A stretch of 64,000 bases of DNA from an uncultured Chloroflexia bacterium (lineage in GTDB: Bacteria > Chloroflexota > Chloroflexia > QHBQ01 > JADMIH01), in the NCBI GenBank assembly GCA_963797095.1, contig CAWCNY010000003.1:128001-192000 (forward strand), written 5' to 3'. How positions within the stretch are numbered: the stretch's first letter is position 1; the number at the start of each line of letters is the position of its first letter. Under the pieces are notes generated by a model. It was not told the DNA's origin and ran no database searches. It worked only from the letters and a program-made list of their open reading frames with translations. Positions 1 to 8,644 of the stretch are shown here, piece by piece. The position numbers and the translations under genes are program-made.

Positions 1-460
1 CGACAACCGGATAGACGACATCGCGCACAAGTTCATCGGGGTGCTCAAGCGATACCTCGGCTATCTGATAGAGCAGTCCGGTCTTGCCTGCAACCCGTTT
101 GAAGTCTTCGAGGAGGATCTTGTCTACACGCTGCTCAGCCGTAACACCAATCTTGTGCACGATGCCAATAAGCAAATCAACCAGACTATCCGTAATCTCC
201 TGGCTGCGCAGCAGGCAGAACGCCGAGACCAGGGTAACCCTTACGGGGCGAGAATGACGTCGCACTTCTCGAACCGGCTCGGTTGCTACCCTATCTCGAT
301 AGCGCTGGAGCAGCTTGGGCGACACTCCGGAGAAGAGGTCCGGCGGCAGGGTGGTCGTGACCTGTCGAAGACGCTGAAGCTTAGCAATCTCACGCAGCAT
401 GCTGTCCAAACCGATCCGACCGGGGTCAGCCTTCAAATCCAGAAACGTCACGCGCCCCTG
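1..460 (-). pseudogene. Tn3-family transposase, internal fragment (5'-truncated, runs off window edge)
   Basis: Manual minus-strand translation gives LDLKADPGRIGLDSMLREIAKLQRLRQ..LPPDLFSGVSPKLLQRYRDRVATEP..RSQEITDSLVDLLIGIVHKIG..EDFKRVAGKTGLLYQIAEVSLEHPDELVRDVVYPVV, typical of Tn3 TnpA. An in-frame TAG at 502-500 lies just upstream, so the N-terminal region is missing. Confidence 0.8.
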
Positions 461-528
461 GCATATACAACCTCGCAGAGGACGAAGCATGCCTCGACCC
501 TACAAGGCTTTGCTTTGTTGATGGTGTG

Positions 529-3500
529 CTAAGGGCCGCCGGAGGCGATGGTGACTATCTTGGCTACCTGTCCCCTGGTGGCGTTGGCGGCGGGAAGGAA
601 GTAGGGCCTGTTCCACTGGTCGCAAGGCTCGTCAGCGCTGCCGCACGTGTAGCCGTTGATCATGCCCGCTCCTGAGATGGCCTCGATGTAGGGGGCGAAA
701 GTGTGGTCGGCAGGCACGTCGGCGAAAGTGGGGCGGTCGGGTGTGAGGAGCGCGTAGCCCTGTGACAGAGCGATCACCTTGGCAAGCTGCCCTCGCGTGA
801 TGATGTTGCCGGGACGGAAGTAGGGCCTGCTGTTGGCATCGCAAGGCTCGGAGGGCGCGCCACAGGCATAGCCGCTGATGACGTTGTAGGCGGCAGCGGT
901 CTCCGCGTACAGGTAGAAGGCCGAATCGCGGGGGACATCAGCGAACGTGGCCTCGTCGTGCTTGGGGTTGAGGAGCGCCCAAGCGGAGGCGTTCACCACC
1001 ATCTTAAGGAGTTGGGCACGAGTTACATTGCGCCCTGGGCGGAAGTATGTGCCGGGGCAAGGCTCACCGTCTGTGCCACATTCGTAGCCGGATATGTAGC
1101 CGCGCTCGTCCATCCAGCTTACGTATGGTGCAAAGGGGTCGCCCGCATACACGTCGTTGAAAGCCGCCTGTATGGGTGTAGAGGTAAGCGAGGGCGGAGG
1201 CACGGCAGCGGTGGCGGTCCCTTGCCAGAACCCACCTATCGGGCATGACGGCCCGGCGTAGCTGATCCAGAGACCCCAGGCGTGTAGGGTGCCGGTATCC
1301 CAGGGGCCGCCGTCCTGCACCTCAAGGGTCCAGGTGCCGTTGGACATCTTGCCCACGAACACGTTAAGAGAGCCTTCTTCAGGCAGATATGCACCCTGGC
1401 CCGGCGGGCAGGTCGTGCCAAGCACGGGCGCACCGGAGCGCGCCAGGCTAAAGCCGGTGTTTCCGGGAGTCCATACCTCACTGCCACATACGTGGGTGAA
1501 AAGGGCTGTGCGGGTGCCGTCAGGCCCGGTCAAATAGGCCGACAGGTCGCTGGCGTAGGTGTGTTCGAGGGTGAGGCTCACCACGCGAATGTCGGCTATG
1601 GTGCCTGCATCGCCTACTGTGAGGGTGGAAGTGGTCACCCCCTGGTCGGGTACGGCCTTGGGCACGTCGGCGCTGCTATAGGTCAGCGCGCAAACAGGAG
1701 TTGCCGGTGGCGTGCCCGTAATCCCAACGGACGGTGTAGCGGTGGCAGTTCGGGCCAGTGTCGCCGTGCGAGTGGGTGTACGGGTAACGGTTGGCGTTCG
1801 CGTCAGGGTGGGGGTGCGGCTAGGCGTGCGCGTGCGGGTAGGAGTTTGGGATGGCGCGCCGGTTGGAGTGCGCGTGGGTGTTCGAGAGGGCGTGGAGGAA
1901 TAAGTCGCCGTGGATGCGGGCGGGTGAGTGGGAGTGAAAGTGGAAGAGGGCGGAGGTGTGTTGGTGCGGGTAGCCGAGGGTGGCGGTGATGCAGGGGTAA
2001 GGGTGGCGGTAGGGGTGCCTCCGGTGCAGGGATTCGCGTAGGTGATACGCAGGACCCAGGCGTGCAGAGTGCCGGTGTCGTACTGGCCTCCGTCCTGTAC
2101 CTCTAGCGTCCAGGTGCCGGCGGCCTGCCCACCGGCGAGGGGCGTGAGCGAGCCTTCTTCGGGCAGATAAGTGCCCTGGTTGGGCGGGCAGACGGTGCCC
2201 ATTACCTGCGAAGCCGATTGAGAGATTGCGAAGCCGGTGTTTCCGGTCGTCCATGCGCCGCTGCCGCATACATGGGTGAAAAGGGCTGTGCGAACGCCCT
2301 GCGGGTTGGTCAGGTAGACAAGGAGGTCGCTGGCGTATGTGTGGTCGATGGTGAGGCCGGTCACTTCCACGGAAGCCACAGTGCCGGGCGCGTTTACAGT
2401 GAGAGTGGAGGTGGCGCTGCCCTGGTCGGGGATCGCTTTCGGTACATCGAGGCTTGTGTAGAGCACCGAGCAGGCGGAGCCAGGCGTGGGGGTGGACGTT
2501 GCAGCCATAGTGGGTTGCGGGGTAGAGGTGCGGGTGCGCGTCGGGCTGGACGCTACAGGGGTCCATGTGCGCGTGGGAGATGTGGCAGGGAGGCCCGTGG
2601 CCGTGGGAACCTGCGGCATGGGGGTACGCGTGGGCCGTGGCGGGGTCTTGTAAAAGGTCTGGCCGGTGCAGGGGCGGGGTGTGCCGTCCCATGCGCCGGT
2701 GAAGCGGTCGATAATGTTAGCCATCAGCTGCTGGATGCGCGGGTCGGCGGCCTGCGACTGGTAGGCCGGTTGGAACACCTCGTTGGAGTAGGTGTGGTCC
2801 ATCAGGCCCCACGAGAAGAAGATGCTGCCTGCGGCAAAGACCTGCGCGCCGCTGCTTGCCGTGTAGATGGTGGAGTCATGTGGAAGAGGCATCCCGTGTG
2901 GGTCGGAGAGGGTGCTGTGAGCCAGCCACTGGATGCCTGGCGGCGTGTAAGGGTCGGCTGTGAGACCGTCCCACTCCTCGCCGATGATGTTGTTCACCTG
3001 ATCGCCCGGCTGGAGTCCTGTGCAGTCGAAGTACCAGGAGGAGGCGGGAGCGACCGCCACCCACGGGTAGTTGTATAGCTCCTCGTCGTAATAGGATTGG
3101 TAGTTGGAGCCGATCAGAGAGTTTTCGGGCCTGCCAAGATCGCGGAAGGTGATCGTTTTGGGTGTGGGGGCGGGTGCAGGGTCCAGCACCTCATCTTTGT
3201 AGCCGACCATTACGCGGTTGGGTCCATTGGCGGAGGCTTCGAGGCGGATGTTCCAGAACGACTCGTTGGCGGAGGCGAAGATCATGTTTACGCCGGAGTT
3301 GAGCACGTGCTCGACGTTGGTGCGCTCGTCCCAGGTCCAGTACTCGTCGTGGCCCATCACCATGAAGGCCGAGTGGCCCAGCAGGATGTTGGGGTTGGTG
3401 GCGCGGTCAACGTCGCTGATGTAGGTCACGTCGAAGCCGGATGCTTCGAGCCAGCGCACCATCTCGTGGTCGTGCGAGAAGAAACCGCCGGTGCCCGCAC

Positions 3501-4332
3501 CGCCCAGGTAAGGGCGGTCGAAGGACACCTTGTAAGCGCGGTCGCGGCCCTCGTTGTTGCCTGAGTAGTAGAGGCTCTCGCCTCCATAGCGGTTGTAGGC
3601 CTGGTTGGTTTTGGTCGGTTCCATCACCAGCAAGGGTGACTGGTAGGAGTCGTTGCGCACGATGAAGTAGACGAAGAAGCGGTAGCCGTTGTTTGAGTCG
3701 ATCCGCAACAGGTATATACCAGACAGCCAGTTGGGATCGGTATTGATGGTGAGGGAGGCCGACCAGGGGCAGGAGACGAGTCCGGTAACTCTGTCGCGGG
3801 TGCAGCTCGGCTGCGATGGAGTGGAGAACGGGCCGTAGGAGGCGTAGAAGCGGGCACCGTGGCCCTGGTAGTAGCCGAGGCGGTAGAGGCGCGCGGTGGC
3901 CGACGAGCCGGTAGATTTGATGTGGATGCCAATGGGGCTGCCCGCGTTCACGCTGGCCGCGCCCGCATAGGCAGAGAAGGTGTTGAGGTCGTAGTTGCCT
4001 ATGCTGGCCCACTCGTCGGTGCCCTGTAGGGCGTTTTCGTCGGTGATCCGGCTTGAGCGGGGGCTAAGGGCAGATGGATATTCGCTGAACGGCCCGGCCT
4101 CGGTGTAGGGCTGCGTGGAGTCGTCGGGGTAGGGCGCGAAGGCAGAGTGGGGGTTTGACACATGGCAGACCCCGGAGCCGGAGGCACCCGTAGCGCCTGT
4201 CTGCTCATTCGGAGAGACAGGCTGGAGTATTACGAAGACGAAGGCCGCCAGGGCGACCAACATTGTCGCAAACGAGACAGGCGGGCCCAGGCGTCGAGCC
4301 AGGGAACCACCGGGGAACCGGATCATGCGCAC
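529..4332 (-). CDS. Secreted surface protein: N,N-dimethylformamidase beta-subunit-like domain + 2 proprotein-convertase P domains + Pro/Thr linkers + C-terminal SLH-type repeats
   Basis: N-terminal TM/signal; TNQAYN-YGG-SLY, VSFDRPY, WLEASGFDVTY and GHDEYW motifs; two repeats with HTYASDL..GTWTLEVQD; SLH-like FRPGRNVTRAQLLK and ITRGQLAK. Confidence 0.8.
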   Translation of the reverse strand: MRMIRFPGGSLARRLGPPVSFATMLVALAAFVFVILQPVSPNEQTGATGASGSGVCHVSNPHSAFAPYPDDSTQPYTEAGPFSEYPSALSPRSSRITDENALQGTDEWASIGNYDLNTFSAYAGAASVNAGSPIGIHIKSTGSSATARLYRLGYYQGHGARFYASYGPFSTPSQPSCTRDRVTGLVSCPWSASLTINTDPNWLSGIYLLRIDSNNGYRFFVYFIVRNDSYQSPLLVMEPTKTNQAYNRYGGESLYYSGNNEGRDRAYKVSFDRPYLGGAGTGGFFSHDHEMVRWLEASGFDVTYISDVDRATNPNILLGHSAFMVMGHDEYWTWDERTNVEHVLNSGVNMIFASANESFWNIRLEASANGPNRVMVGYKDEVLDPAPAPTPKTITFRDLGRPENSLIGSNYQSYYDEELYNYPWVAVAPASSWYFDCTGLQPGDQVNNIIGEEWDGLTADPYTPPGIQWLAHSTLSDPHGMPLPHDSTIYTASSGAQVFAAGSIFFSWGLMDHTYSNEVFQPAYQSQAADPRIQQLMANIIDRFTGAWDGTPRPCTGQTFYKTPPRPTRTPMPQVPTATGLPATSPTRTWTPVASSPTRTRTSTPQPTMAATSTPTPGSACSVLYTSLDVPKAIPDQGSATSTLTVNAPGTVASVEVTGLTIDHTYASDLLVYLTNPQGVRTALFTHVCGSGAWTTGNTGFAISQSASQVMGTVCPPNQGTYLPEEGSLTPLAGGQAAGTWTLEVQDGGQYDTGTLHAWVLRITYANPCTGGTPTATLTPASPPPSATRTNTPPPSSTFTPTHPPASTATYSSTPSRTPTRTPTGAPSQTPTRTRTPSRTPTLTRTPTVTRTPTRTATLARTATATPSVGITGTPPATPVCALTYSSADVPKAVPDQGVTTSTLTVGDAGTIADIRVVSLTLEHTYASDLSAYLTGPDGTRTALFTHVCGSEVWTPGNTGFSLARSGAPVLGTTCPPGQGAYLPEEGSLNVFVGKMSNGTWTLEVQDGGPWDTGTLHAWGLWISYAGPSCPIGGFWQGTATAAVPPPSLTSTPIQAAFNDVYAGDPFAPYVSWMDERGYISGYECGTDGEPCPGTYFRPGRNVTRAQLLKMVVNASAWALLNPKHDEATFADVPRDSAFYLYAETAAAYNVISGYACGAPSEPCDANSRPYFRPGNIITRGQLAKVIALSQGYALLTPDRPTFADVPADHTFAPYIEAISGAGMINGYTCGSADEPCDQWNRPYFLPAANATRGQVAKIVTIASGGP

Positions 4333-4382
4333 GAAATCCTTCCCTGAGAAGAGACTGGAGAGCCACTCCCCAAGAGTCTACT

Positions 4383-4451
4383 ATATAAAGGGAAGGGTGT
4401 AATCACCCGATGGGGGTAGATATAAAGGGAAGGGTGTAATCACCCGATGGG
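4383..4451. repeat. Tandem direct repeat of a 32-bp unit (37-bp period) with an internal palindrome
   Basis: ATATAAAGGGAAGGGTGTAATCACCCGATGGG at 4383-4414 and 4420-4451; contains GGGTG-TAAT-CACCC. Confidence 0.9.
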
Positions 4452-4473
4452 AGCAGATCGGTATGATGCGCGC

Positions 4474-5826
4474 TCAGGGAGCAAGCACAAGCCGCCCCTG
4501 GTGGCGCTGAAGATCAACTTCGACGTATCCGTGCGCGAAGTCGCGCCGCCAGAGGCCGGGGGAAACCTCCTGGCACGCGCCAAGGGGAGCGCCCAGTTGG
4601 CGGGCGGTGTCGTACTCAGGGTAGAGCCACATTTCGGAGTAATAGGAGTCGAAGCGGGTGTAGCGGAAGGTGGCCTGGGTGCCCTGTGCCACCAACAGGT
4701 AGGAGACGAGAGTGAAGCGCATGCGCTCGGCGTCGTCTTTCGGACCCTGGCCGACCATTATCAGGCCCTTGCCCATAGAGAGCCAACGCTCGGCGCGCTG
4801 GATCTGCGCCTGCCACTGGTCGGGCGTGCGCCAGCCGTCAAGCCACTGCACCGCGAACGACTCGTCCATCGCGCCGTCGAGGTAGGGCGCGTAGGCGTCC
4901 CAGGCATCGGCGCGCAGGCCCCCGCCTACGAGGTTGGCCCAGATAGGGTAGTCGCCCAGGGTCTCGCGGGCATCCGCCAGCCAGGTCTTGACGGCCTCGC
5001 GCCATGCATCGTCAGTGGCATACTCTTGCAGGCCGCCATCGCTGTTGGTCAGCTCCGACATCACCCGGCTGCGGTCAACGTCCACGTTGTCGAGCCAGAT
5101 GCCGTCGTAGAACCATGTATCTTTTATGTACTTAAGGCGCTCCATCGCGAAGGCGCGCCAGCCGGGGTCGGCGGGGTTCATCATATAGGCGTAGCGACCG
5201 GAGCCGAAGTAGTCGTCCACGATGCGCGCGCCCGAGGCGTTGTGCAGGAACCACGACTCGTTGGGGTGGATGTACTTGCAGAAGTCGCCGCTGTAGAAGG
5301 CAAGCTGGTTGTCGTGAGGCGTGTAGCTCTCGTCGCAGGAGGCAGAGGCGTCGCGGTACGGCCCCGGCCCCTCAACGGCGTTCATGGTGACGTAGGTGAG
5401 GATGGGGCCTTTGTAGCCTGCGCCGCGTAGCTGATTGCGGAAGGGGATATCGGCAGGCCCGGTGAGGTGGATGTAGCTGTGCTGATCGGCCAGTTGCTGG
5501 GCGGTGGTGCCGTCCTGGGGCGGCTTGTGGAACCAGGCGAGGCCGAACGGGGAGGGCTGATCGGTCGGGGCGGCGGTTGGCGGCACGCCTGCCTCGGTGG
5601 TGGAAACCGGCAGGCAAACAGGCATGCCGGGGATCCTGGGGCCGGTCTCAGAGGTCGCGAGAGCCTCCGGCTCCGACACGACAGCAGGCTGTTGGGCGGT
5701 CGCGGAGCTCGACCGGAACCAGCCGAGCCAGAGGGCAGCCACCACGAAGCCGGAGATGAGGAGCACGATGAAGCCCGCTACGGGCAGGATGGTAGGGAGG
5801 TTACGAGGTGGGGAGTTCCTGTCCAT
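4474..5826 (-). CDS. Membrane-anchored putative glycoside hydrolase (GHL15-like TIM barrel)
   Basis: N-terminal TM helix; WFLH..G.RI, YMMNPADPGWR, DGIWLDN and LWRRDFAHGYV motifs. Confidence 0.7.
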   Translation of the reverse strand: MDRNSPPRNLPTILPVAGFIVLLISGFVVAALWLGWFRSSSATAQQPAVVSEPEALATSETGPRIPGMPVCLPVSTTEAGVPPTAAPTDQPSPFGLAWFHKPPQDGTTAQQLADQHSYIHLTGPADIPFRNQLRGAGYKGPILTYVTMNAVEGPGPYRDASASCDESYTPHDNQLAFYSGDFCKYIHPNESWFLHNASGARIVDDYFGSGRYAYMMNPADPGWRAFAMERLKYIKDTWFYDGIWLDNVDVDRSRVMSELTNSDGGLQEYATDDAWREAVKTWLADARETLGDYPIWANLVGGGLRADAWDAYAPYLDGAMDESFAVQWLDGWRTPDQWQAQIQRAERWLSMGKGLIMVGQGPKDDAERMRFTLVSYLLVAQGTQATFRYTRFDSYYSEMWLYPEYDTARQLGAPLGACQEVSPGLWRRDFAHGYVEVDLQRHQGRLVLAP

Positions 5827-5904
5827 AAACCTATCTTAGCGCCTCACACGCCGCGTGGCAATACGCCAATTGGGTGACGGTGGTGGGAGAAATGGTCATA
5901 TCGA

Positions 5905-5953
5905 GTATTGCGCACTGCGTATGGCGTACTGCGTGTTGCATATTGCTTATTGC
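5905..5953. repeat. Degenerate heptamer tandem repeat (GTATTGC-like x7)
   Basis: GTATTGC GCACTGC GTATGGC GTACTGC GTGTTGC ATATTGC TTATTGC. Confidence 0.8.
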
Positions 5954-5983
5954 CTGCGGAGTGAGTTGGTGCGTGGCTTGTGC

Positions 5984-8644
5984 CTATTGCCTGCGTTTGG
6001 TTAGGCGGAAGTCTACGCGGCGGATGGCTACTCCTAACAGTAGCAATATGAGGGCGGGGGCCAGGAACCAGGGCCATAGCGGCTCGCTTTGCGGTGATGC
6101 GCCCTCCAGACCGGAGGCGTCGAGCGTCTGTTCGGGGTCGCGGAGGTAGGCAGCGCCGCCGTTGAGACGTTTAAGGAGGCGGTCGTTGGTGCCAGCGTGG
6201 AGGTATTCGATACCCGTGGGCACGCTCAGGCCAATTGTCTCGGTGGCGGCGGGGATATCGCCGGTGGCATCGCGGCGCACCAGCACTTCGTAGGTGCCTG
6301 GCTCGCCGAGGTTCACGTTCGCTTCGTAGTGGCCGGGAGCGGTTTGCAAGAGGCGGGTGCTCGTGACCACTCGCGAGGGAGAGCGCACGCCTGCGGTCAC
6401 GTCCGCCAGGTCGGCGAAGCTATTGTCGGGGTTGAGGCTTTCAACTTCGATGAGGGCGGGGGTGGTCGCACCGTTACTGCCCGAAAGCGTTTGCCCACCA
6501 TCTATTAATGATGCGTCAGGTTGCAGGAGCTTGCTGGCAGGGCTGCCCATCGTCCAGCGCACCGACTGGTTCCAGAATGTGTCGAAATCGGGCCAATCGT
6601 ACCAGCCCTCGCCCCAGCCCTGCCCTGCCTCCGATGTGAAGGCGAGCACGCGGCCCAGGCCGTATTGCCAGTGGGCTAACAGCGGATCGCCTGCGTCAGA
6701 AGTGAGGGCGGTCACGGCGTCGTCTTTGGCGACCGTGATGTCGTACCCGGATACCTGCGGGATGTCCTGGGGGCGCAGGCCGCGCAGCGCCGGGCTTTGG
6801 GCCGAGAGGTGAGGTTGAATATCGCCCAGGAGGATTGCCTCGCGGGTGGCGAGGTCGATCTCTTTGAACACTATTTTGGGCAGATTCTCAGGCTGCTCGG
6901 TGAAGTAGTATCGACCCATGCCGTCGCGGGCCAGATCGATCAGGAAATCTTTAGACACGTCGCGCCCGATGCCAATAGTCGAAAGATGGATGTTGTCGGC
7001 ACGCAACCCGTCTAGGAGGGAGGTGTAGTCGTGGAAGCCCTGCTCCATGCCGTCGGTCAGCAACACCAGGTGGCGGGTTGGCGCGTTCAATTGGCGCATG
7101 GCGCGGGCGGCTTCCTCCACCGCCGGGTAGATGGCCGTGGTGTTGCCTGTACGAGTGCTGCCGATATCGGCCTTGATCCTCTCCTTATCGGCAGCACTCG
7201 TAATGACCTGGGGCTGCACAACCCATTCCCATCTGTTGTCGAAGGCGATCAGGCCAACGGTATCACCTTCGCGCAGGGAATCGACGGCCAGTTGAGCCGC
7301 AGCCACGGCCATGCTGAACTTATTTACGTTGCTACCGTCGTAGTCGGCGAAATCGCGCATGCTGGACGAACGGTCAAGGACCAGGATGAGCGCGGTGTCG
7401 CCCTCTTGCGGGCGCGGGGCGGGGCGCGACGACACCGGCATCACGTCCTCGAACACGCTGTCAACATAGTCGCCTTTGCCGAAGGCGGTCGGCCCGCCAA
7501 TAGCGACCAGCCCGCCACCGTAGCGGCGCACATACTCCTGTAATGTGCGTTGCTGGTCGAGGGTAAAGCTGGTTGCCGACATATCCACCAGCACCACCGA
7601 GTCGTAGCCCTCCAGCGCCTCGACCTTCGGTGTAATCGCCGACGGGAAGGCGAGATCAACGTCCATGCCCTGGTTGCGCAGCACATCGGCCATCAGTTCG
7701 CCTTCGTTGTCGCGCTCCTCCAGCACCAGCACGCGGGGAGCAGGTTTGACCACCAATCCGGCGTAGAGATTGTTGTTGTCCGGGAAAGTGTCGGCTCCTG
7801 AAGCGGGGCGCAGTTGCACCTCCACGCGGTGGAAGCCCTCGGCTCCCGCCTTTTGTTCAAGCGAAAGGCGATTCTCTCCCTGTTGCAGAATCAGCACTCG
7901 TGAGGAAGCGGGCTGGCCGTCTACCAGGATCTGCAAGGTGGCGGTGGTAGGAGTGGCGCTATACACGCGAAGGTCGCTATCCACGGTGTCGCCCACGCGA
8001 GCATAGCTCTGCATGGAAATGCCTTCGGCCACCACCTCGTGGTCGCCCAGGGCGGTCAGCGCGACGGATTGGAGGTCGATTCCACGGGAGCGAAGGCGCG
8101 CCGCCTCCTCGTCCGCAGAGCCATGCGTCTCCCAACCGTCGCTCACAAGCACGATGCGCCTCCTACCATCGTCGCCTAACAAGCCACCCGCCAGTCGAAG
8201 CCCACTTTCGAGGTCGGTGCTAAGGCTTCCCGCCCGAGCGCCCGTGGCATTTTGATCGGCGTCCGCCCAGGTGCCATCTTCGACCTGCTGGGGTTGGAGC
8301 AAGGTGGCCTCTGCCCCTACAGCGACAAAGTGGAGGGTATCTTCAGGGGTAGCGCTGTGCAGCACATCCCTCGCGTACTCGATGGTGGCGGCCCGGCTGG
8401 CTGGGCTGATGCTCGCGGAGGCGTCGAGTACGAGCACCAGATCGAGGCGCGGGTCGGGGTTGACGAGCACAGGCTGAGCCAGGGCGACCACCATGAGGAC
8501 CGCGCTTGTGCCCTGTAAGGCGGTCGAGAGATTGCGCCGCAATCGTGACAGGGCGCGCAGCCTGAGTGCGGGAAGGAGCACGATTGGCAGCACGACCGCA
8601 AACAAGAGGAGCATTTCGGGACGAAGCAGGGCGAACTCGCTCAT
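5984..8644 (-). CDS. Membrane protein with two vWA domains and a glutamine-amidotransferase-like (DUF1355-type) region
   Basis: MIDAS motifs LDASAS/VSDG and LDRSSS/LTDG; GGGLVAIGGP and WQYGLGRV; TM helices at both ends. Start placed at the ATG overlapping the upstream stop (ATGA). Confidence 0.85.
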   Translation of the reverse strand: MSEFALLRPEMLLLFAVVLPIVLLPALRLRALSRLRRNLSTALQGTSAVLMVVALAQPVLVNPDPRLDLVLVLDASASISPASRAATIEYARDVLHSATPEDTLHFVAVGAEATLLQPQQVEDGTWADADQNATGARAGSLSTDLESGLRLAGGLLGDDGRRRIVLVSDGWETHGSADEEAARLRSRGIDLQSVALTALGDHEVVAEGISMQSYARVGDTVDSDLRVYSATPTTATLQILVDGQPASSRVLILQQGENRLSLEQKAGAEGFHRVEVQLRPASGADTFPDNNNLYAGLVVKPAPRVLVLEERDNEGELMADVLRNQGMDVDLAFPSAITPKVEALEGYDSVVLVDMSATSFTLDQQRTLQEYVRRYGGGLVAIGGPTAFGKGDYVDSVFEDVMPVSSRPAPRPQEGDTALILVLDRSSSMRDFADYDGSNVNKFSMAVAAAQLAVDSLREGDTVGLIAFDNRWEWVVQPQVITSAADKERIKADIGSTRTGNTTAIYPAVEEAARAMRQLNAPTRHLVLLTDGMEQGFHDYTSLLDGLRADNIHLSTIGIGRDVSKDFLIDLARDGMGRYYFTEQPENLPKIVFKEIDLATREAILLGDIQPHLSAQSPALRGLRPQDIPQVSGYDITVAKDDAVTALTSDAGDPLLAHWQYGLGRVLAFTSEAGQGWGEGWYDWPDFDTFWNQSVRWTMGSPASKLLQPDASLIDGGQTLSGSNGATTPALIEVESLNPDNSFADLADVTAGVRSPSRVVTSTRLLQTAPGHYEANVNLGEPGTYEVLVRRDATGDIPAATETIGLSVPTGIEYLHAGTNDRLLKRLNGGAAYLRDPEQTLDASGLEGASPQSEPLWPWFLAPALILLLLGVAIRRVDFRLTKRRQ

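Noticed and set aside
41-532. 163-aa plus-strand ORF
   Set aside because: Shadow of the minus-strand Tn3 transposase fragment; no recognisable motifs.
4383-4451. Possible mini-CRISPR (32-bp palindromic repeats)
   Set aside because: Only two copies, a 5-bp spacer and no cas genes.
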